From Promethearchaeia archaeon (GTDB lineage Archaea; Asgardarchaeota; Lokiarchaeia; Sigyniarchaeales; SOKP01), in the NCBI GenBank assembly GCA_029856155.1, contig JAHQWL010000077.1:1-20847 (forward strand): 20,847 bases of DNA, read 5' to 3'. Both the position numbers and the translations under genes were made by a program. The notes beneath the pieces were generated by a model. It was given only the letters and a program-made list of their open reading frames with translations. It searched no databases and was not told the DNA's origin. Of this stretch, positions 16,184-20,847 are shown one piece after another (the first letter of the stretch is position 1; each line of letters starts with the position of its first letter).

Positions 16184-17671
16184 TTATTCTTTTGGTGCTA
16201 CTTTTAGCGTTCTAGAAAAGATTTTCCCAAACGCTTCTGTTGAAGCCTCAACTAATACATTAGCTACAACTGGTTCGCCAGGTTCTCCTTCCAAAGGATA
16301 ACCAATTTCGATTGTTTCAAATGGAAATAATTCTGTGATAGTTGTTATCCAGGGTTTTTTCTCAAAAAGTTCTTCAACGGTTACTATTCGAATTTTCATA
16401 TCTTCTAAAACATAACCTATAGTATTCGTCAATGAAATAGTTAGAATTTTCCCTTCTTCATTTAACTCTTTTGAAACACTCAAAAATTTTCTAGTTCCTA
16501 AAGGAGGTGTTACTTCAGCTTGTTCTGTTTCTGGCTTAGTTTCAATCCTTGGTTCTTCTTCAGGCGCATCTCTTACAATAAACACCTTTCGTTTTCGAAC
16601 AGTGTATTGAGATACTTTTTTGAGTTTTGCTAAAAACAATACCGCGTTCAAATTTATAGCATTGAAAGGCTCTATTTTGAGATACCCCTTTTCTGCTGCA
16701 TCTTCCATAATTTCAGCGCCAATACCGCTTCTAGCAAATACGGTATTTTTATTTGCTCCAGAGCCCACACTACCTACGCTAATGTCTGAATTTTCAGAGG
16801 TTAGATCTAAACAAAAATTACAACTCGATGATTTAAACTTATCTAATTGCTTAATTGTATATGATTTAAAAGGCTCTCCTTGTGGATCATAGTATAAGTG
16901 AAACTTTCCTTTGTTTATATCCATTTTTTGAACTTTTGACAAGTCAATCCCCTCGCTCTCAAAGAATGGATAAATAGCCTCAGGAGCAAATGAATCCATA
17001 CAGAATAATCCAATCTTTAAAACATGGCACCGCATAAAATATTTTAACATACCCGTTGGGCTATCAAACATTTTAGAAACAGCATCTATATTACATGGAG
17101 TACCCACAAATGCAATTGATCGAAAATCTTGACGTACAGCATCCATCAAAGCTTCAACTGTTTGAGAATGACTATAAATGGAACCCGAAGCTTTAATAGC
17201 ATCTTCTTTACTTGTAATGATTTGGGCTATTGGATGCCATGGTTTACTAGGATTTCTCATTGTCACAACAGCAGCGTCGATTAAATGCTCATCAAACAAG
17301 TAGCACAGTAAACTTGTTACTGTGCCACCATCCTGACCTCCAATCACTTCTGGGATGTTTGTATTTGCTACATAACCTGTTTTAAAATCTCCCATGAGTT
17401 GATAAGGATCGGTAATAGTTCTTGGACACTGATTATAACAGATACCACAACCTGTACATTTACCTATAAGCTTAGGTTGTCCCGCTAACTCATCCCAAAT
17501 TAAAACAGGGCACACTGCTGCGCACGTTCCGCATTCAGTGCATATTCCCGTTCGAACAATCTCTTTCATGAGCATTCCGAACGAATCTTTCTTCCCTTCA
17601 AGCTTCTTCTGAATATATTCAAACGAGTACTCGTAAGGCGTTTCAGTTTGATCAGTCTTATCTTCTGTCAT
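16184..17671 (-). CDS. frhB: FrhB/FdhB-family (coenzyme F420 hydrogenase/dehydrogenase beta subunit-like) Fe-S flavoprotein with N-terminal 2x[4Fe-4S] ferredoxin and a C-terminal Ig-like extension
   Basis: CTECGTCAAVCP, CTGCGICYNQCP, GQDGGTVT, VGTPC, IGLFC, SCNFCLD, DISVGS; then an acidic/Pro linker and a ~100-aa extra domain. Confidence 0.9.
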   Translation of the reverse strand: MTEDKTDQTETPYEYSFEYIQKKLEGKKDSFGMLMKEIVRTGICTECGTCAAVCPVLIWDELAGQPKLIGKCTGCGICYNQCPRTITDPYQLMGDFKTGYVANTNIPEVIGGQDGGTVTSLLCYLFDEHLIDAAVVTMRNPSKPWHPIAQIITSKEDAIKASGSIYSHSQTVEALMDAVRQDFRSIAFVGTPCNIDAVSKMFDSPTGMLKYFMRCHVLKIGLFCMDSFAPEAIYPFFESEGIDLSKVQKMDINKGKFHLYYDPQGEPFKSYTIKQLDKFKSSSCNFCLDLTSENSDISVGSVGSGANKNTVFARSGIGAEIMEDAAEKGYLKIEPFNAINLNAVLFLAKLKKVSQYTVRKRKVFIVRDAPEEEPRIETKPETEQAEVTPPLGTRKFLSVSKELNEEGKILTISLTNTIGYVLEDMKIRIVTVEELFEKKPWITTITELFPFETIEIGYPLEGEPGEPVVANVLVEASTEAFGKIFSRTLKVAPKE

Positions 17672-17930
17672 ATTAATCTGCTGTAATAATCTAGTATTTT
17701 ATCTAATTAAAAGATTGTAAAATCACTAAATTAAAATGGATTGTTAAAAAAAAACATTATTAAATTGAGGAAAATTATCATACCTCTTTTTGAAAAATAA
17801 GTCAATAATGAGTAGTTAATACTAAAATAGTATTTTAACATTCACGTCAAAAAAAAGATATATTTTTATATCTTAAGGGATGAATTAATATTTAATTTTC
17901 AAATCATAAATAAAGAGGGTTGAAAATAAT

Positions 17931-19580
17931 TTGAAGAGATATCGTTATGAAAAGTTAATGTTTTTGATATTAGTGATTTCCCTATTTTCTTTTGGAACTA
18001 AACCATATATACTTGATTCCGGCTCTAAAAATTTGATAATCGGTGAACCTAAAACAGCATTAAGTGCAAATTTAGCCGCATGGATTATTATAGCTGGTGA
18101 TAGATCAGACCATGATAAACTAAGTGTAATAAGAAGTGGATGTGATCAAGCTTATGAAGCATTAATGAATCGAGGATTTAGTGCTGCTGATATATACTAT
18201 TTAGATCCTGACTATACGGGTGTACCTTTATCTCCTTATCGAGATGGTAATACAGTCAATGCAAATATTCGATGGGCGATTGAAACATGGGCAGCTACTA
18301 AAGTAGATCATTCTCATGGTCTTGGTATTTATATGTTTGATCATGGAGGAGTAGGTCATATGTGTATTCCTGGTACAGATTTGACTGACACTGATTTAAA
18401 TACGTGGTTAAACACGTTAGAAACTAGTACAGGTTGTAATCGCTTTATTATTATCTATGAAGGTTGTCATGCAGGTTCATTTATTAATCCAGTTAGTAAA
18501 GATAATCGTATCATTTTAACTGCAACAGATATAGATCATGGATCATATACAAGTCCAACTTGGGAAGCGGCTACGTTCTCTGAGAAGTTTTTTTCATCAA
18601 TCACAGAGTGTAAAACAATTGGCGAGGCATTTGAAGAAGCTGAGGCATATGTTCATGCTGTGGGAGATGGTGATATTCAATTTCCTTGGATTGATGATAA
18701 TCATGATGAGATTGGTCATGAGGTAGATGCATTTGGAAATTTACCAAATGGTGGAGATGGAAACGACGCATTAAATTATTGGATAGGATCGGGAACTAAC
18801 TGTCCCCCAGTATTTAAACTATGGTTTCCATTAAGAGTTTTTATTATAAATTTTACATCTCTCATTCCGACATGGGCTGCAATTGATAGATTTCCCATGA
18901 TAGACAAAGTGTATGTTAGAATTACTCCACCAAATTGGATACCATCCGCAATTGAGACTGATAATGAAGGTTCGAAAATTGGTGCTCATACTGGCTTGAT
19001 GTTAGTAGAATTATTAGACCAAAATGGCGATGGCAATTATACCGGTAATCTCTATAATCCTAATCTTCCTGATTTCTGGGGTTCGGAAGGAGATTATAGA
19101 ATTAATATAATAACTACGAGTAAAAATGGTACTGTTGGTAATGCCGAATCTACTTATATTACGGTAAATGAGGATGGAAAAGCACCCCCCGATACTATAC
19201 TCCCTACAATTTCAATAACAAATCCAGCATCCAATGCACAATTAAGTGGAATTTTTAATATTACTGCTGAAGGAGATGATGATCAGGCTCTTGATAAAAT
19301 TCAAATTTTTGTAGATGGTGCAATGGTAAAAGAAGAAACAATGCCCCCATATTATCCATATCCAGAGGTGACTTATAGTTTAGACACAAGCCAATATTCA
19401 ATTGGAGTTCATAATATTACTGCGACTGCTATAGATAAAGAAAGCAATAAAAAATCGATTTCAATTTCAGTAAATCTCATAGTAGGGAGAGGAATACCAG
19501 GTTTTCAAGTTAATTTTTTGATTTTTGGTTCCATTCTTGGAATTATCATAATATATAGGGTAAAAATAAAAGTGAAGTAA
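17931..19580 (+). CDS. Secreted clan CD cysteine peptidase (C13 legumain/Gpi8-like) with Ig-like (Big) domain and PGF-type C-terminal sorting signal
   Basis: Signal peptide; WIIIAG; catalytic dyad motifs IYMFDHGG and IIYEGCHAGSF; Big-type domain DTILPTISITNP...IQIFVDG...HNITATAID; tail GIPGF + TM + basic residues. TTG start with GAGGG upstream. Confidence 0.85.
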   Translation: MKRYRYEKLMFLILVISLFSFGTKPYILDSGSKNLIIGEPKTALSANLAAWIIIAGDRSDHDKLSVIRSGCDQAYEALMNRGFSAADIYYLDPDYTGVPLSPYRDGNTVNANIRWAIETWAATKVDHSHGLGIYMFDHGGVGHMCIPGTDLTDTDLNTWLNTLETSTGCNRFIIIYEGCHAGSFINPVSKDNRIILTATDIDHGSYTSPTWEAATFSEKFFSSITECKTIGEAFEEAEAYVHAVGDGDIQFPWIDDNHDEIGHEVDAFGNLPNGGDGNDALNYWIGSGTNCPPVFKLWFPLRVFIINFTSLIPTWAAIDRFPMIDKVYVRITPPNWIPSAIETDNEGSKIGAHTGLMLVELLDQNGDGNYTGNLYNPNLPDFWGSEGDYRINIITTSKNGTVGNAESTYITVNEDGKAPPDTILPTISITNPASNAQLSGIFNITAEGDDDQALDKIQIFVDGAMVKEETMPPYYPYPEVTYSLDTSQYSIGVHNITATAIDKESNKKSISISVNLIVGRGIPGFQVNFLIFGSILGIIIIYRVKIKVK

Positions 19581-19620
19581 AACAAACTGATAGTAAATTT
19601 AAATAATTAAATATTCTACC

Positions 19621-19631
19621 TTTTTTTTTTT
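19621..19631 (+). terminator. T11 tract, candidate archaeal-type terminator of the peptidase gene
   Basis: Oligo-T run ~40 nt after the stop codon, in a convergent intergenic region. Confidence 0.45.
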
Positions 19632-19702
19632 AAAGTACCTCAAAAAAACTTAAGCCAAAATCAGATTTGTATTCTAAGAATTTATTAATTCATGAAGTTT
19701 GA

Positions 19703-20344
19703 TTAATACAGTATTTTTCCACTCTCGGTTAGTTTAAGTGCTAACGTTCCTTTTAAATCTGCTATTTTATTTGCGTTCTTTCTGATATCTTTTTCAATTT
19801 CTAATATATCATTTCTAGCATCATTGAGTTCTTTCTGCTCATTTTCATATTGAGATTTAATATCTTTGATTTTCTCATCTTTTTTTATTGCTTTAATAGC
19901 TTTAACAAATGCTTTTTGTTTTTTAGAAATACTAATTCTTTTTTTACCTAAGTCTATTTTCTCTTTGGCTAGATCTATTCGTCTTTCAGCTATTTTTCTT
20001 TCTTGTTGTGCAATTTCTTTATGTATCTTGGCGATTTCTCTCTGAATTTTTGCCATTTTTTCATGAAAAGATGTAAATTCTTGATCATGCTTTAAAGCTA
20101 CATCTGAGGCTTGTATTAGATGTTTTGATTTTAATTTATGTTCAACTAGTTTTTTATTTTGTTCGGCTAAATCCTCTCTGATTTTAGCAACCGATAATTT
20201 ACTCCGCATAAACTCTTCTCTTTTTTCTGCTTTCTTTAATTCTTCTTTTGCCATTCTTTTTAATTCATTCGCAAAAGATATTTCTTTTTTCCCAATAATT
20301 GAATTTTCAAAGGCTCTTAATTCAATATCTGATATATTTTCCAT
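19703..20344 (-). CDS. Lys/Glu-rich long coiled-coil protein, unknown function
   Basis: Heptad pattern throughout (MAKIQREIAKIHKEIAQQERKIAERRIDLAKEKIDLGKKRISI); no Pro. Confidence 0.8.
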   Translation of the reverse strand: MENISDIELRAFENSIIGKKEISFANELKRMAKEELKKAEKREEFMRSKLSVAKIREDLAEQNKKLVEHKLKSKHLIQASDVALKHDQEFTSFHEKMAKIQREIAKIHKEIAQQERKIAERRIDLAKEKIDLGKKRISISKKQKAFVKAIKAIKKDEKIKDIKSQYENEQKELNDARNDILEIEKDIRKNANKIADLKGTLALKLTESGKILY

Positions 20345-20425
20345 ATTAGTAAGTAAGGATACCTTATTATTTTAAGATTTTTTCAAACAGTTAAAATTAT
20401 ATTTTAAAGTAAAATACTAAGATTT

Positions 20426-20629
20426 ATGATTCCAAAAACAATAATTGAAGGATTAATTGAGAAAGATGTCTATATCTATATTAAAAACATAACCAAAGAA
20501 TTTACAGGAAAACTTGTTTCTATCACTCCATATATCGCTGCGGAGGACATCATAACTTTAGAAGATAAGACTAATAATATAGTATATATACCGATGTCTG
20601 AAATTACTGTAATTACTGAAAGAAGATAA
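20426..20629 (+). CDS. Small Sm/LSm-like fold protein
   Basis: IEGLIEKDVYIYIKNITKEFTGKLVSI resembles the Sm1 pattern; IVYIPMSEITVI resembles Sm2 but lacks RG. Confidence 0.55.
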   Translation: MIPKTIIEGLIEKDVYIYIKNITKEFTGKLVSITPYIAAEDIITLEDKTNNIVYIPMSEITVITERR

Positions 20630-20778
20630 AATTCCGACTATAAACATCATAGAAACAATCAATTCTTTTAAAATTGTGAAAAGTTAAAACATTAGAGAAA
20701 TGAAAAAGGTTTAGTAGAAAATGTCTATTTAGTCTATGTAAGATGTAAAATGGATAACGAAAAGGCTAAATGATGTTA

Positions 20779-20847
20779 TTAATTATTTTCTAATTCAAGT
20801 CTTTCTTCAATTTTCTTAATCGCATTTGAGGCATAAATTCGTACAAC
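20779..20847 (-). CDS. 3' end of a gene entering from the right edge, possibly a HEAT-repeat protein
   Basis: Translates as VVRIYASNAIKKIEERLELENN*; VR..A..AI.KI is HEAT-like. Confidence 0.45.
   Translation of the reverse strand, partial: VVRIYASNAIKKIEERLELENN

Noticed and set aside
16184-17671. FrhB as evidence of methanogenesis or a complete F420-reducing hydrogenase
   Set aside because: No frhA/frhG or fdhA is present in the window, and FrhB-family domains occur in many non-methanogen oxidoreductases.
15862-18726. Short nested ORFs (15862-16080, 16620-16892, 18538-18726)
   Set aside because: Off-frame or antisense shadows of the Rag-like, FrhB-like and peptidase genes.
19341-19364. PPxY-like motif (MPPYYPYP) in the peptidase
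   Set aside because: Lies in a predicted extracellular Ig domain, so it is unlikely to be a WW-type ligand.
1-20847. CRISPR arrays, tRNA/rRNA genes, IS elements
   Set aside because: No regularly spaced repeats, GC-rich structured RNA segments, transposase or integrase motifs were seen by eye. A tRNAscan/Infernal run would be needed to exclude small RNAs.

Overview
Very AT-rich, gene-dense window whose gene content points to an Asgard archaeon, most likely Lokiarchaeia. This assignment is inferred from the gene families, not from a marker gene. The left half (1-10.8 kb) is a cluster of eukaryotic-signature-like signalling/trafficking genes: three tandem TPR + C-terminal longin-like proteins (the middle one split by a 1-nt frameshift in an A8 run), a Rab-like GTPase, an MglA-like GTPase without an MglB partner, a single-pass receptor-like protein with a cytoplasmic longin-like domain, and a convergent two-domain arrestin-fold protein. 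The right half encodes a HAD hydrolase, an unlisted 56-aa zinc-finger microprotein with a PPxY motif, a 7TM-HisKA protein lacking its ATPase domain next to a stand-alone receiver, Tag glycosylase, an alpha/beta hydrolase, a Rag/Gtr-like GTPase, an FrhB-family Fe-S flavoprotein, a surface-anchored C13 (legumain/Gpi8-like) protease, a coiled-coil protein and an Sm-like protein. The C-terminal extension of the FrhB-family protein appears homologous to the tail domain of the arrestin-fold protein. No RNA genes, CRISPR arrays or mobile elements were recognised. All domain calls are by eye from motifs and need HMM or structure confirmation.
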